From: Octopus sinensis
Taxonomy: Eukaryota
Direction: 5' to 3'
DNA length: 64,000 nucleotides
Assembly (NCBI RefSeq): GCF_006345805.1
Contig: NC_043010.1
Span: forward strand, 47,368,001-47,432,000
The notes beneath the pieces were generated by a model. The model was not told the origin of the DNA and made no database searches. It saw only the letters and a list, made by a program, of their open reading frames with translations. Shown here in pieces: positions 26,049 through 39,680 of this stretch. Both the position numbers and the translations under genes were made by a program. Numbering within the stretch: the first letter of the stretch is position 1; the number at the start of each line of letters is the position of its first letter.

Positions 26049-27262
26049 CTATTAGAAATGAAAGGAAAAGAAAAATCAAAAGATATTAAAAATGAAAAAA
26101 AAAAAAAAAAAAAAATCAAATACACAGAGAAAACAAGATATGGTAATATATATATATATATAATTTCTTGTAAAATAAAATATAAAGTTATCTATTATCA
26201 ATGCAGATAACAGAGTTGCAATGGCTGAGTTGATAAGGAATTAGCTTTCCAATTAAATTCTAGTAAACAGTTCTCATCATTGGCATTGTAACACACCTAA
26301 CTATTCTGGTTGAAAAGCAAGTAGAAAACAGAAAAATTCATGGGTTGAGCATCTATTTAACTAAAATCTGATATGCATTTATTGATTAGTTCCAGATCAG
26401 CCCTAACTGAACAAACATATATATGATCAAGAACATTCTAACCATGAACATCATGTCCTTTTCTCTGGTATTATGTATCTACGTGTGAGGGCACGTGGTT
26501 TAGTGGTTAGGATATTTGGCTCATGATCATAAGATTGTGAGTTTGATTCCTGGTGACGCGTTATGTCCTTGAGCAAGACACTTTATTTCACGTTGCTCTA
26601 GTCCACTCAGCTGGCAAAAATGAGTAGTACCTCTATTTAAAAAAAGGGCCAGCATTGTCCCACTCTGTGTCACGCTGAATCTCCCTGAGAACTACATTAA
26701 GGGTACACATGTCTGTGGAATGCTCAGCCACTCGCATGTTAATTTCACAAGCAAGCTGTTCCGTTGATCATAGCAGCTGGGACCCTCGTCGTCGTAACCG
26801 ACGCTGTGCTCCATGTATCTATAGCTATATTATCCAATGTGCCCTTCCTTTTTAAAGCAATAGTAATTTGAAGATGATTTGGTGAGTATGTCTAGAAGAT
26901 TAAACAACTACTTGGAAGCTATTATTGTCTTGTGAATTTAGTTGAGGTTTACAAAGAGTTGTTTTCTTTCTATTCATGTCACTTCCACTACCCACAAATG
27001 AATTTAAGAATTTCATTAGACACACTGTCATTACCATCATCATTATTCAATTTCTACTCTCCATTCTGGCATAGGTTGGACAGTTTGACCAGAACTGGTA
27101 AGGCCAAGGCCACACCAGGTTCCATTGTTTGGTCTGGCATGGTTTCTATGGACAGATGCCATTCCTAACACCAACTACTCAAAAGTACACTCTGTCGAGT
27201 GGTTAGCATTAGAAAGGCATCCAGCCATAGAAACCATGTCAGATAAGGTCTGGCGAGCTTTA

Positions 27263-27826
27263 GGCGGCGAGCTGGCAGAAATGTTAGCATGTCAGTTGAA
27301 ATGCTTAGTGGTATTTCGTCTGCCGCTACATTCTGAGTTCAAATTCCGCTGAGGTCAACTTTGCCTTTCATCCTTTCGTGGTCGATTAAATAAGTACCAG
27401 TTACGCACTAGGGTTGATATATATTTCTTTATTGCCCACAAGGGGCTAAACATAGAGAGGACAAACAAGGACAGACAAAGGGATTAAGTCGATTACATCG
27501 ACCCTAGTGTGAAACTGGTACTTTTATTTATCAACCCCGAAAGGATGAAAGGCAAAGTCGACCTCGGCGAATCGACTTAATCTGTTTGTCTGTCCTTGTT
27601 TGTCCTCTCTGTGTTTAGCCCCTTGTGGGTAGTAAAGAAATACGTATTTCGTCTGCCACTACATTCTGAGTTCAAATTCCGCCAAGGTCAACTTTGCCTT
27701 TCATCCTTTCGGGATCGACTAAATAAGTACCAGTTACATACTGGGTCGAGATAATCGATTTAATCCGTTTGTTTGTCCTTGTTTGTCCTCTCAGTGTGTA
27801 GTTCCTTGTGGGCAGTAAAGAAATAA
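27263..27826 (+). mobile_element. Composite SINE family B insertion with an internal inverted tail and a partial tandem copy
   Basis: Head ggcggcgagctggcagaa…gagttcaaattcc; 27421-27570 is the reverse complement of the tail; a second partial unit follows at 27643-27826. Flanked by agaaaccatgtca(g/a)ataa direct repeats. Confidence 0.8.
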
Positions 27827-29060
27827 GAAACCATGTCAAATAATTTCAGTCTTCCCTTGCCTGAGTGGCTTTTTCATTTTTAGTTTTTTAATTAATAAAT
27901 TTAATAATTCCAGTGAAATAAAGATTAAACTGACAAAACCAAAATTTGAATTACAGCAGTTTAAGTTCCCAAACTGTTACTAACAATTTAAAATCTTTAT
28001 GCTTTTGCTAACCTAACTGAATCAATGGGGATCTGAAATAATGGTGAATATTTTATAGAAGTTCCTAGCATAAGACATTTGGCAAATAAAGTAAACATTT
28101 AAACAGTTACAAGAAGATTATATTGCATAGATTTCAATATTGTAATTTAGCAACTCATGGCTCTATGATGAGGTCCCTGAATACCAACTTAATTTTTCAC
28201 CCTAAAAGAAACTGATAAAAAGTAAGAAATGCCAATTAAACTTGGCAGATAAGAAGAAAGGAAACTGGCAGAGGATTACTTGAAGAATTAGAAAAGCACT
28301 CACAGAGTGCAGACCTCCGCCAAGCAGCTCATTTCCACCTATATAAATGCATGCTGAAAATCGCTGAATTTCCCACACCAACGCTGGCAAAAACATAACC
28401 TCCTTGGTGGGGTTAAAAAGAAAAATAACACAGCCATATGGTTAAAAAAAAAAACCCTTGAAAAACAGGAATCATATGAAGCAGTTATAATACATCAATG
28501 ACAACAGCAAGCTAGTTTCACAGCGGCAGTGGAAGGAGCAAAGCTTGAGATTTTTTAGTCGATCCCAATAGTCAGGGCTTATCATGTCATCTTCTGCAGA
28601 CCTCCGCCAAGCAGTTCATTTTAAGATAGATATGCGGATAAAATTACTAATAGAGAAACAAAAATAAACATTGGAAACAGCAATGCCATCATAGGTTATG
28701 TGGAAACGATGAACGGTTTTTTTTCAAGGGAGATAATCAAAGAATGTAAGATTGTAATACTTCATGTAAAGTAAATATAACAAATGAGAAATCTTTCTAG
28801 AATCCATAAAAATTTCCAAATCACTACCAAAATTTAATCATCTATTCCTTATGTCATTACCAACTTTTCCTGCAAGTTTCATCAAATACCATTCACAACT
28901 TTTTGAGTTATTTAGCACACAGACAGATAAATGGACAACCCAATGCCGATGAAAACATAATCTCCTTCCTTGGCGGAAGTAATAAGTGTTAACATTTTTA
29001 GGACTAAATACAGAAGAGAAAATGTAATTGAAATCAATTTTAATTCAGATTCTAGCTTAC

Positions 29061-29140
29061 TTTAATGTTGTTGGTGTGTTTCCTTTTAAGGGTTCGTATA
29101 TCATCTTTGGCTTCTTCAAGCTGTACTCCAAGTTCCTCCA
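29061..29140 (-). CDS. CCDC186: CCDC186-like coding exon
   Basis: atccag|...AAA|gtaag. 80 nt (2+78), VEELGVQLEEAKDDIRTLKRKHTNNIK; phase 1-0. Confidence 0.9.
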
Positions 29141-29576
29141 CTGGATAACAGGAAAAAAAAAAAATGTGCTTAACAATGATATCAAAAATTAAATTTGTCT
29201 TAATATTTAGATAAAATTACACAGTATAACATGCTTTTTGTCTTTAGATAGCAACTGTTATTTCCTATTTGCTTACTCCTATAAAGCATGAAAAAATGGC
29301 TAATATTTCCTTCAAACTTTACTTTTCTTACATCTATTCAAACCCCACCAAAAATTCCTCTCAACACATGGCTATCATACTCCCCGACTTCTCATCATCA
29401 GAGATGCACATATTGTCAGCCACTAAGAAAAGATGATAAGACTGGCAGTACCCCAGCATGGCTATAGCCTTTGGGCTGAGATGCACAAACGAATAAAAGA
29501 ATATACACACACACACGTTTGTGTGTATATATAACAGCAATTAAAACTCTGCTTTACATATTGAGTACCTCTTCTT

Positions 29577-29607
<31 letters not shown>

Positions 29608-29853
29608 AAGAGAGAGAGATCATTTCTACAGTTACTTTTCTATGCTTGCATGTATCTGCCGGAATTTATTGAGGCAGATTTTTATTGAAGATCAGAAAGG
29701 AATCTTTCAAAAGTATAACAAGTACAATTAGTTAAAAAATCTCTACAAACTAGATAGCTCTAATGACTACAGAAACTAAATCGATCATGATAAATTAAAA
29801 AGAAAACAAATTACACAAAAAAAAATTCTTCAAGAAAGGAAACAGAAACTCAC

Positions 29854-29938
29854 CTGATTTACTTTTATCTGCTAGTTGTGTTGTAAGAGTAGTTGTTTCT
29901 TCCTGCCGTTTTTGTGTTTCTTCCTCCAAACTTTTATG
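29854..29938 (-). CDS. CCDC186: CCDC186-like coding exon
   Basis: ttcctag|...G|gtgag. 85 nt, HKSLEEETQKRQEETTTLTTQLADKSKS plus 1 nt; phase 0-1. Confidence 0.88.
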
Positions 29939-31027
29939 CTAGGAAAGAACAAACCAAGTATGTTTTAGAAAGTTGTGTTACATGTTTTTTTAAATGGCTC
30001 CTTTATAGAACCAAGCTGTATCGGCCTTTGCCTTTCCCTTGCATAACACTGGTGATGTGGAGAGGGGAGGCCGGTATGCATGGGTGACTGCTGGTCTTCC
30101 ATAAACAACCTTGCCCGGACTTGTGCCTGGGAGGGTAACTTTCTAGGCGCAATCCCATGGTCTGTCATGACCAAAGGGGGCCTCTCAACATTATGCATAT
30201 TGATTAGTATTCATTTTTCATATATATTTGTGAATATATGTTGTTATTTGGAATGCCAACAGTCATACAATCTCCTGAAATATTTTTTGTATGCCTTGGC
30301 ACATACTAGTCATATACAGAAAAAAAGTTTGATTCAAGTATGTCGTACTTTTGTTACATTTTTAATCTACTAGTTAACATAACTATCACTTAACCAATGA
30401 TATACACCAACAAAAGTTTTAATTAAATTCTTCTTAGATGTCTTAGTTAAGCATTTTTCATTTTCAAATTTTACATGTCTATACCAATCATTTCAACTAC
30501 ATCAATTACCTGCTCCACTTTGTACCAAGGCACTCAGTAATACATATTTTTAAATATCAGATTTCTGGATCAGTTGTCTTGCCTACACCAATTAGCTATC
30601 TAGTCCAGGCAACATGATGGGTAAGATAGGGTGGGAGAGAGAGAGAGAGAGTATGTGTATGTGATAGATGGGAGAAATAAAGTGAGAGGAAAGGGTGGTT
30701 GGTGGAGAGAGATTCGAAAATAGATCCAAATCTCTCGTCACCACAGTTTTTATGTTTGCTTTGCCTAATTTGCATGAACTGGGTGAGTCTTCTCCAGTCC
30801 AGCAGCTCTCCTCTTATTGTGGTCCTGGTCATCTTCTTTCTGAGGTTCAGCCTCTTGAGATCAGTCATCAGTACTTTGTTCCATATCTTATTTGGTCTCA
30901 TGCTTTCACAGATTCTATCCACTCAAAGTGTTCCACACTTTATACAACTGGCATTTTCCATACCATTTACACACAAACATACACATACATACAAAAATCT
31001 ACTGCATAAAGATTCAAAAGTATTTAC

Positions 31028-31102
31028 CAATTCTTGGCACTTTGTTTCTGATTCTTCAAGTTTAACCTTGATAACATTTAACTCTTCCTCTAACGAAAGC
31101 AC
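31028..31102 (-). CDS. CCDC186: CCDC186-like coding exon
   Basis: taatag|...TTG|gtaaa. 75 nt, VLSLEEELNVIKVKLEESETKCQEL; phase 0-0. Confidence 0.85.
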
Positions 31103-34100
31103 CTATTAATAAAGAAATTGGATAAATTAATAAAGAAATTTAATAAATATTAATAAAGAAATTGAATAAAAAAAATTCTGTAGTAAGGTTTCCCGGAGAC
31201 AATGGCAAATATTTGACATAAAAAAATTGGAAAAGTATTTGCATCTGCATGTTGTACAAGTGACCTTTTTTTTTTAAAAAAAAAGAAACCTTTTCGAGTT
31301 TATCAGTATTTATTTAACAAGAGTTGATGAATTAGTAGAACAAAAGACTTGATATTTTACAAAATTTGTAATACACCAAGATGGTCTTTTACTTTTGTAT
31401 GATTTTGTTATGAGGCCTGTGCTTTTAATTTTTCTCAAAATTTCCAAGGCAGATTTGGGTAAGGAAGACAAAAAAAAAATGATGATTTAACCCTTTAGCA
31501 TTCAGATTACTTTGTCAAATATAATGCTTATTTATTTACATTGTCTTGGATTAATCATGCATTATCTCATAGCTTTGATATTTCAATGATATGATTATTT
31601 AATTTTTAGACTGACATTGTAGGGTAGGTACTAGAGGCCAGATCTGGCTGATTTCAACATAAAACAGGTAGAATACTTTGGCTGGATATGGCCAGCTTCA
31701 ATGCTAAAAAGTTAAGGGTTATTGTCAGACCAAGGACATAGTCCAGACACTTGCAACAAAGCGGACTCCCCAATAGATTAAATGATTTTGGAAAGAAATG
31801 ACCCATTGTAGAATTAGAAGCTCTTTGCAATAGTGAAATCAATTAAAAAATGCAACAAAATCCTATGGAGATAAAAAATTGAAATAGGTTACAAATCAAT
31901 AAACAGAAATTGTTCTCTATGATAGTCAACCTAAATCTGTTATCAAAAATATTAAACTGTGTCACTGAAGGCTACAGCTCTCTGTGTTCTCATACAAAAT
32001 ACAATACTGACTAGGAAGACAGGATTTGGCTGTAGTTGCCTTAAATGGAATTTTCTCAATTGCTAAAGACAACAAATTAATGCCAAATGGATAGATAAAT
32101 AAAACAAAGAATATTCATGAAGAGACAAGATAGGTAGGCTTAAATAGACAAATTGCTTATTCATATAGATATGATTGTAATGACTTATTAAGACAATGTG
32201 CTTCAGATAAAATACTATGTCTGATATATGTATGTAAGGGCAAAATCTAACTTTATCAAAATTACAACTGGCCAACTTATACTATCAGTAAAAACTTTGA
32301 TATTGTAGGTTGAAAATCAATTACTAAAATGGAAAAGTCTTACATGTGACTATAGTTGATGAGTTTATGCAACAACCTTTCACATTTGCCTTAAGGAAAG
32401 CAAATGATATTGGAAATTTACAATAGTTTGACATTTGCCTAAGTGAAATTGGCAAAGTCATTAATAGGTTGTCCAGGATATTGTTTCCATCATCATCATC
32501 TCCATCACCATCATCATTTAACATAGTTTGCCATGCTGGTATGGGTTGCACGGTCTGACCAGAGCTGGCAAGCCGGAGAGCTGCACCAAGTTACAGTCTG
32601 ATTTAGCCTACTTTCAATGGCTGGATGCCCTTCCTAATGCCAACCACTTTATGGTGAGTTGGGTGCTTTTTACATGACACCACCACAGGTGCTTTAATGT
32701 GGCATCAGCAAAGGTGTTATTGGATGGTGCTGGCATGGGAGCTTCTTATATTGTGTTAGCATGGGTGCTTTTTACATGGCACCAATTTGTTCTGTGTATA
32801 TTTTTGCAGTTCATAATTTTAGAGCCAATAAAATTCTTTTACTCCACTTCCAGCCTTCTCCTTTTTCATAATTTCAGGCCACTATTTTCCATTGCAATAA
32901 CTAGTACCTGTATTTCCCAGACTTAAGAGAATTAAGTTCAATTTATTGTTCTCATCTATCTAAGAGATTTTTCAAACTAGATAATGAATTTATGAAAGGC
33001 TTCTGTAAAATCATGCTTAGACAGATTGATTCTTACTGGTGACAAAGCTGAATATAGTATCTTCTGAAAAGTTAAAATTGGCGTAATTTGTAATTTCAAA
33101 GAATCGATATCTATTTCACATGTAAGCATTGTTGACTCATAAAGACATTTTATACCCTTTTAATAATAAATAGGAGGTTGATAGTACTAACAATAAGAAA
33201 GTGCAATACAATTTTTGTGCTTGGAAAGTAGCTGTTATTTCCTATTTACTTGTCCCTAGAAAGTATGGAAAACGGCTAATATTTCCTTCAAACTTTGCTT
33301 TTTTTACATTCATTCAAGCCCCAAAGAGTCCCTCTTAACACATAGCTGTCATCAGAGATGCACATATTGTCAGACACTAAGAGATATGCTCAAGTGGTTG
33401 AGCAGAATATTTGCTATAATGATATTTTTGCTTTAGCAACTCAGCACTGAATATACTTCAAATGTAATGGAAAATAGGTCAGTTTCAAAACATTGATGTT
33501 GAGGTCACAAAAGCAAAGTTTGAATGGAATAATAGTGATTTCCTTTGATTTCTAGATAGATGGAAATAGAAAACACTTACTGACCAAAGACAGTAAAAAA
33601 ATAAAATTTTGTTATACAACATCAGGTGTAGTGTGCAAGAGAGAAGACTGCACTGGTATGGCCATATAATCCATATGATTGAGGACAGTTGCATCAAGAG
33701 GAGCTGATCTCTAATTGTAGATGAAACATACGGAAGGGTAGACCCTGAAGGATCTACCAATGATGGGACTCACAGAGGGAATGACAGGGGACCGAGACTT
33801 CTGCAGTTTGTCATGGTTGAAAAGACATGCCAAGCTAAGTAAAAGCATGGTTACCTTTGCATCCAGGCTTGTCCCTTACAATCCTCTCTAGCTGAGCATC
33901 CCTAATCTTTCTGGCTCGTAAGTGCTGGTGCCACATAAAAAACACTCGTATAGGTGCTGTGTAAAAGCCCTCACTACACCCTGTGAAGTAGTTGGTATTA
34001 GGAAGGGCATCCAGCCATAAAAACCAAGCCAAAACAGACATGGAGCCTGAAGAGCCCTTCAGCTGATCAGCTTTTGTCAAACCATCCAGTCCATACCAAC

Positions 34101-34581
34101 ATGGAAAATGGACATTAAATGACGATAAGGTAATTTTAGAATATCCAATACTGTATTCCTTCCTTGAACTATATATATATATATATATATACTTTATTCA
34201 AAAGCCATTAAAAGAGATTGTAAATCAATGAAAACTAACCAAATTTTCCCCAAAAAAACAAAATCTAGTGCTAGCTTTTGTATGTTCCTTACTAAAATCA
34301 ACAGGTTTGCATACACAACAATTATTAGATTATTACAGTAAGAACTCAAGGGAGGAAAGTCATTCAGGCATTAGTCTAGCTGGTTGTTAATTTGTGCTCT
34401 GAATTCAGATCTTGTCAAATTGCGATGTTCCACAAAGTCAGTGAAATAAATAAACAGAAATAAAGTGGATCAGGAGTTTGAAACCTTGACCCATATCAAA
34501 GTAAATCTAATGTGAGAGTCACTAACAAGTGATTGAATAGCCAATATAATGCAATAGCAAGGGAAAACAAAACAAGCTTAC

Positions 34582-34762
34582 TTTATTATTCACAGTTATA
34601 TTTTCAGACTGCAGGTGAGCATTCTTTGCACTCAAATTAGCAGTCAATTCCAGTAGCTCAGATTCCCGCACCTTACATGATTCAATATCTGTTTTTATGT
34701 CAGTGCATTGCTGACTCTGTTCTGAAAGTTTATCCTGCATTGCAGATAATTCCTCTTGATTC
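34582..34762 (-). CDS. CCDC186: CCDC186-like coding exon
   Basis: ttttacag|...AAA|gtaag. 181 nt (1+180), QNQEELSAMQDKLSEQSQQCTDIKTDIESCKVRESELLELTANLSAKNAHLQSENITVNNK (RESELL...KNA.LQSE motif). Confidence 0.93.
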
Positions 34763-34960
34763 CTGTAAAATATGATGAAGATTGCAAAACCAAATTAAAA
34801 TAATATATTTACAAATATATTTATACATACATACATACATATTTACAAACACACACACACACACACATACATATATACAAACACACACACACACACACAC
34901 ATACATATATACATACATACATACATACACACATACATATATACATACATACATACACAC

Positions 34961-35001
<41 letters not shown>

Positions 35002-35013
<12 letters not shown>

Positions 35014-35061
35014 GTTATTTCGATCTTGAAAGGATGGACTTGGTGCAAACTTAACTGTATC

Positions 35062-35092
<31 letters not shown>

Positions 35093-35929
35093 ATTAATAG
35101 TAATTTTTATTAACTTTTATAGCTTTAGAATTTTATGAACTGAACCATGGTTTTAATTATGGTTTTAATTATTATTTTTCATCTCCCTATGTGTTAGTTT
35201 TTTTTTTTTTTTAATTTTTTTTTTTTTAAAACTATTAGCCAAATATGTATAATATCGGTACTTATTAATATTAATATATACACTGATATATATTTTGTTT
35301 TATTTTGTTCTGTTTACCTTCCTTTATTGTACCAATGAGTATTATATTATATAAGTGTAGCATTATGATGTATAAGTTTTTATATTTTACATTTTTATAT
35401 TTTTATATTTATATGTATATGGTTATATAATATTTTTCACAATTATAACAAATTTAATTTAATTCTCTGAAGAGGCCGTGGGGCATCCTTGTTAATGCCT
35501 CATTTATACCTGCCTTTATGGCTTATAGGTTAAATGAGGTATGACTGCCCTCACTGCCGAAACAGCTGTCAGTTTTGATTTAATTGCATATTATATTTGA
35601 AATTTTTTACTTATATCTCTTTATCTTTTTACTATTACTGTATATCTCATTTTGTATAATGCCTTTACTCATATGTAATGGTGTATTAAAGTATTGATTG
35701 GGTATCATCGGATAGTTGATGTTTTATTGATTTAAGTATGTTTCTCCATTCTCTAATTTTGTAATATTAATTTACGGTAATATTATTACCTTTACCATAT
35801 AATACAATAGATGAACTGATTGTTTGACAATTTTTAACATCTATGTATTAATCTTGTTGGGTACCTATCTGGCAGTATATGGATATATATTATCCCATGG
35901 TGGGTTGAATTTTCAACCCCTATCTCATT

Positions 35930-35935
<6 letters not shown>
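35002..35935 (+). mobile_element. Non-coding, AT-rich PLE-like element inserted in (TA)n and carrying a hammerhead
   Basis: Bounded by (TA)n on both sides, no ORF, contains a canonical hammerhead core at 35461-35576. Confidence 0.55.
35461..35576 (+). ncRNA. Type-I hammerhead ribozyme with intact core and very long stem II
   Basis: CUGAAGA at 35467-35473; stem II GGC…GUGGGGCA…AUGCCUCAUUUA/UAAAUGAGGUAU…UGCCCUCAC…GCC; then GAAAC-AGCU-GUC, with predicted cleavage after 35570; palindromic ACAGCUGU in stem III. Confidence 0.75.
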
Positions 35936-35966
<31 letters not shown>

Positions 35967-36505
35967 TTCAGATGAACATGGTACTTAAGTTAAAGGCACC
36001 AGAATTTGGTATGGTATTATCCATATAAATCAAATGGGGTGATTATATGTAGCATGAAATGATTGTACTACACTACCTTGTTAAACAGAAATTATTTTTA
36101 TTTAATGAAAATTTAATAAAATCTAATCATAAGTGAAATTATGCTAAATACAACTAAATTGAAAACCTTTTCCCCCTGGCTATATTGACAATTCTGAAAA
36201 CTTTTGGGTGTGAATTTTACAAGAGTAGAAGCTTTTTTTTTAACAAATTTTATCCTGAAAATCATCTGCATAAATTACACAGGTATGCAAATTACATGGG
36301 TTTTTACAGTATTTAACATGGTCCTTAAACAAAAGGACATGTAGAATATGCTACTTTTGCTATAAGGAAGCAACAACAGGCACTAAACATACACATATAC
36401 TATATATATGCAAGACAAATTATGTTTGTAAGTATGCATACATGTAAGTGATGGACAGTCAGACAAATAGAGAAAGAAACAGTAATATTTTTTTTTTTTA
36501 CATAC

Positions 36506-36648
36506 TGGTCATAACTGCTTTTAATATCTTGTAATTCTAGAAGCTTTGTCTTCAATTCTTTTATTCTTGCTTTCTGGTTTTGAAGAACATCTTTAAACTT
36601 TGATAGCGTGTCTTCTTTGTCTCTGCATTCATCTTCCAAGCATATAAT
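36506..36648 (-). CDS. CCDC186: CCDC186-like coding exon
   Basis: tactag|...CA|gtatg. 143 nt, IICLEDECRDKEDTLSKFKDVLQNQKARIKELKTKLLELQDIKSSYD plus 2 nt; phase 0-2. Confidence 0.9.
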
Positions 36649-37602
36649 CTAGTAAATAGATTGAAGAAGAAACAGTCTAGGAAAAAATATTCATTTTGAT
36701 ACAGAATCTACAGAAATCATAGCATAATTTTGTTGCAATATTTATAGACTTTTCAATTTTTCTGTAATACACAGTTTTACCTCTATTTTCCTCTGTAATT
36801 TGAAATCTTTTCTCTTTGACTGGTTTCAGTCACTGAATTGCAACTAATCTCAGGATTTAGTTAAAAAAGAGTTTAGTTTAAAAAAATCAACATAAGTACT
36901 TAATTTTTGAAGTCTGGTAATTATTCCATTGTGCCAAATGCTAAGTTACAGGCAGAAACAAACCAATATTGGTTGTCAAATGCAGGGAAGGGAGACAAAC
37001 ATAAACACACACACACACACACATATGACAGGGTTCCACACAGTTCCTGCTTAGCAAATTCACTCACAATGCATTGGTCAGCCCAGGGCTATAGTAGACA
37101 ATTGCCCGGTGTGCCATGCAGTGGGATTGAACCCAAAACCATAAGGTTGCAAAGTGAGCTTCTTAACCACACAATGAAGTGTGTTCATAAAAGTTATAAT
37201 GGTAGAAATGTTTGACCCATTTGCTCATCTAGATGCCGGTCATTGACAAGGAAGAAATAAAAGACCAACCACTGTATCTTGATTAGAAATACAATACAAC
37301 ATCATTATCATTGTATAACTTATCTAGTAATTTAATAACAATCTCGTTGGACTTAAAGAATTTGTAACAGAAAGATTTACAAGACTATATTTTCCTTGTA
37401 TAGTGGTTGTTATCGAAGCTTATTTATGTCTTGAGTGATAAATAGCTGCAAGTAGATTTCTAAGGACAGGTCTTTACAGATAAGTCACTTAAAAATATCT
37501 TAGTAAATAATCCCAGTTAAATGAAATCTTCAAGTAAACATTTGATATGCAATTCAGTTTAGGCAGCTTTGCAAGGTTCATGTGTTGAAGCATATTCTGT
37601 TG

Positions 37603-38279
37603 TGTCTGGGGAGAGTCATTCTGTTTTAATGCCTTATAATTTAACACACTCACTGGTAAAATTTCCACTCATTTCTCTTTCTCTTTTTTTCTCTTTTATT
37701 TGTTTCAGTCATTTGACTGAGGCTATGCTGGAGCACTGCCCTTAGTCAAGCAAATCGACCCCAGCACTTATTCTTTGGAAGCCAAGTACTTATTCTATCG
37801 GTCACTTTTGCCGAACCGCTAACTTACGGGGACGTAAACACACCAGCATCGGTTGTCAAGAGATGTTGGGGGGACAAACACAGACACACAAACATATACA
37901 CACACATAAATATATATATACATATATATGACGGGCTTCTTTCAGTTTCCGTTTACCAAATCCACTCACATGGCTTTGGTCGGCCTGAGGCTATAGTAGA
38001 AGACACTTGCCCAAGGTGCCACACAATGGGAATGAACCCAGAACCATGTGGTTGGTAAGCAAGCTACTTACCACACAGCCACTCCTGCACCTAATTTATT
38101 TTCTAAACTTTTCATTGCATCTTGCAACCTTTCCAATAGTTGTTGAGAGTCAACAACTATTGAAATGTTTGCAAGATGCGATGAAAATTTTAGAAAAATA
38201 AATAAGTCAATGAGTGGAAATTTTACCGGTGAATGTGTTAAATTATAAGGCACTAAAAGAGAATGACTCTCCCCAGACA
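37603..38279. mobile_element. Foldback element interrupted by a family A SINE (37680-38091)
   Basis: tgtctggggagagtcattc…ccttataatttaacac…ggtaaaatttccactcatt pairs with aatgagtggaaattttacc…gtgttaaattataagg…gaatgactctccccagaca; central hairpin aatagttgttga/tcaacaactatt. Confidence 0.8.
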
Positions 38280-38639
38280 TTTCACAAACTGTTATCATCA
38301 TCATTTGACATCTGTATTCCATGCTGGCATAGGTTGGATGGTTTGACAGGATCCAGTGAGATGTGGGGTTGTGGCATGCTCCAATGTCAGCTTTGGCATG
38401 GTTTCAACATTTGGATGCCATTCCTAATGCCAACCACATTACATTGTGTACTGCATATTTCTTTTTGTGCCACCAGCACTAGTGAGATCACCAAGTAACT
38501 TGCAAGACAACAAATGAACAGTAAAAAAGGGAAAAGGAAAAAGCTCCCTTTTGACTAAATGGGGGTGAGGGTAGCATCTGAGATGGAAAGGGCAGATGGT
38601 TCTATGCTGGGTGTTGAGGTGCTGAAGATTGATGGAGAA

Positions 38640-38871
38640 GGCAGCGAACTGGCAGAATCGTTAGCACGCCGGGCGAAATGCGTAGCTGTACTTCATCTGC
38701 CGTTACGTTCTGAGTTCAAATTCCACTGAGGTCGACTTTGCCTTTCATCCTTTTGGGGTCGATAAATTAAGTACCAGTTACGCACTGGGGGCGATGTAAT
38801 CGACTTAATCCGTTTGTCTGTCCTTATTTGTCCCCTCTATGTTTAGCCCCTTGTGGGCAATAAAGAAATAA
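38640..38871 (+). mobile_element. Young SINE family B copy with TSD (others at ~47682-47916+, 14404-14615+, 2875-3078-, 9540-9748-, 48540-48757-, 54280-54800-)
   Basis: B box GAGTTCAAATTCC; TSD aagattgatggagaa on both sides. The 47682 copy has TSD agaatctggtggtactt. Confidence 0.88.
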
Positions 38872-39280
38872 GATTGATGGAGAAACAAGTCTATAGACAA
38901 GATACAAGGTTATTCCACATTATATAAATCAGTGGGGAGGAGTAAAAGGAGAGAAGATAGAGATGGTGGTGACAAGATCAAAAATTGTTTAAGCAGGCTG
39001 ACATTGGCTTCATGAAATTATTTTTAGTCTTCAAAAGTTGATTAGCTTGCTGATTCTCTTCATTAAGATATGTTTATCTCAATGTCATGAGATAGCACAA
39101 AAGTAGAGTAATTAGACAAAATAAGAGACACAGAACCAGTTTATATATTCATTTATAACTACACAGCAGTCTTTTATCTCTACTAGTATTGGTTATAATG
39201 GATTTTGCAAATAAGGATAATTGTTTATAACTGCTAAATATGAATCTCTAAAATATTTCACACTGCTTCCTTCATTTAGC

Positions 39281-39680
39281 TTACAAGAGCAGGCTAAAAA
39301 GTACATAAGTTGACTATGAAGGAGTGATGTGAGAGCTGTGAAATCTTGCATGCTTTAATTTCAACTCATCTTATTAATAACTAGATTGTTTCTTTCCAGA
39401 TTAACTGACATCTGACAGTTCAAAGAAGACTTCAAGAGTAACTTGAAATGACTTCTCTTGAAAATGGACAAAATTTGGCATCATGATGTTATCAAATACC
39501 TTCAGAAAAAAGGGTTTAGCTCACAAGGACATTCATACTGAGATGGTTACTACATTAGGGGATGATGCTCCAATTTATCAACAGTGCAAAAGTGGGGAGC
39601 TGAATTTAGGAGGGAAAGGGAGAGTCCTGAAGATGACCCAAGGTCTGGAAGTCCTACAACAGCCACTGCCAAGGAAAAAC
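39281..39680 (+). mobile_element. Mariner transposon relic (5' end and transposase HTH region)
   Basis: Across frameshifts: MDKIWH..VIKYLQKKGLAHKDIHTEMVTTLGDDAP..STVQKWGAEFRRERESPEDDPRSGSPTTAT. Confidence 0.85.
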
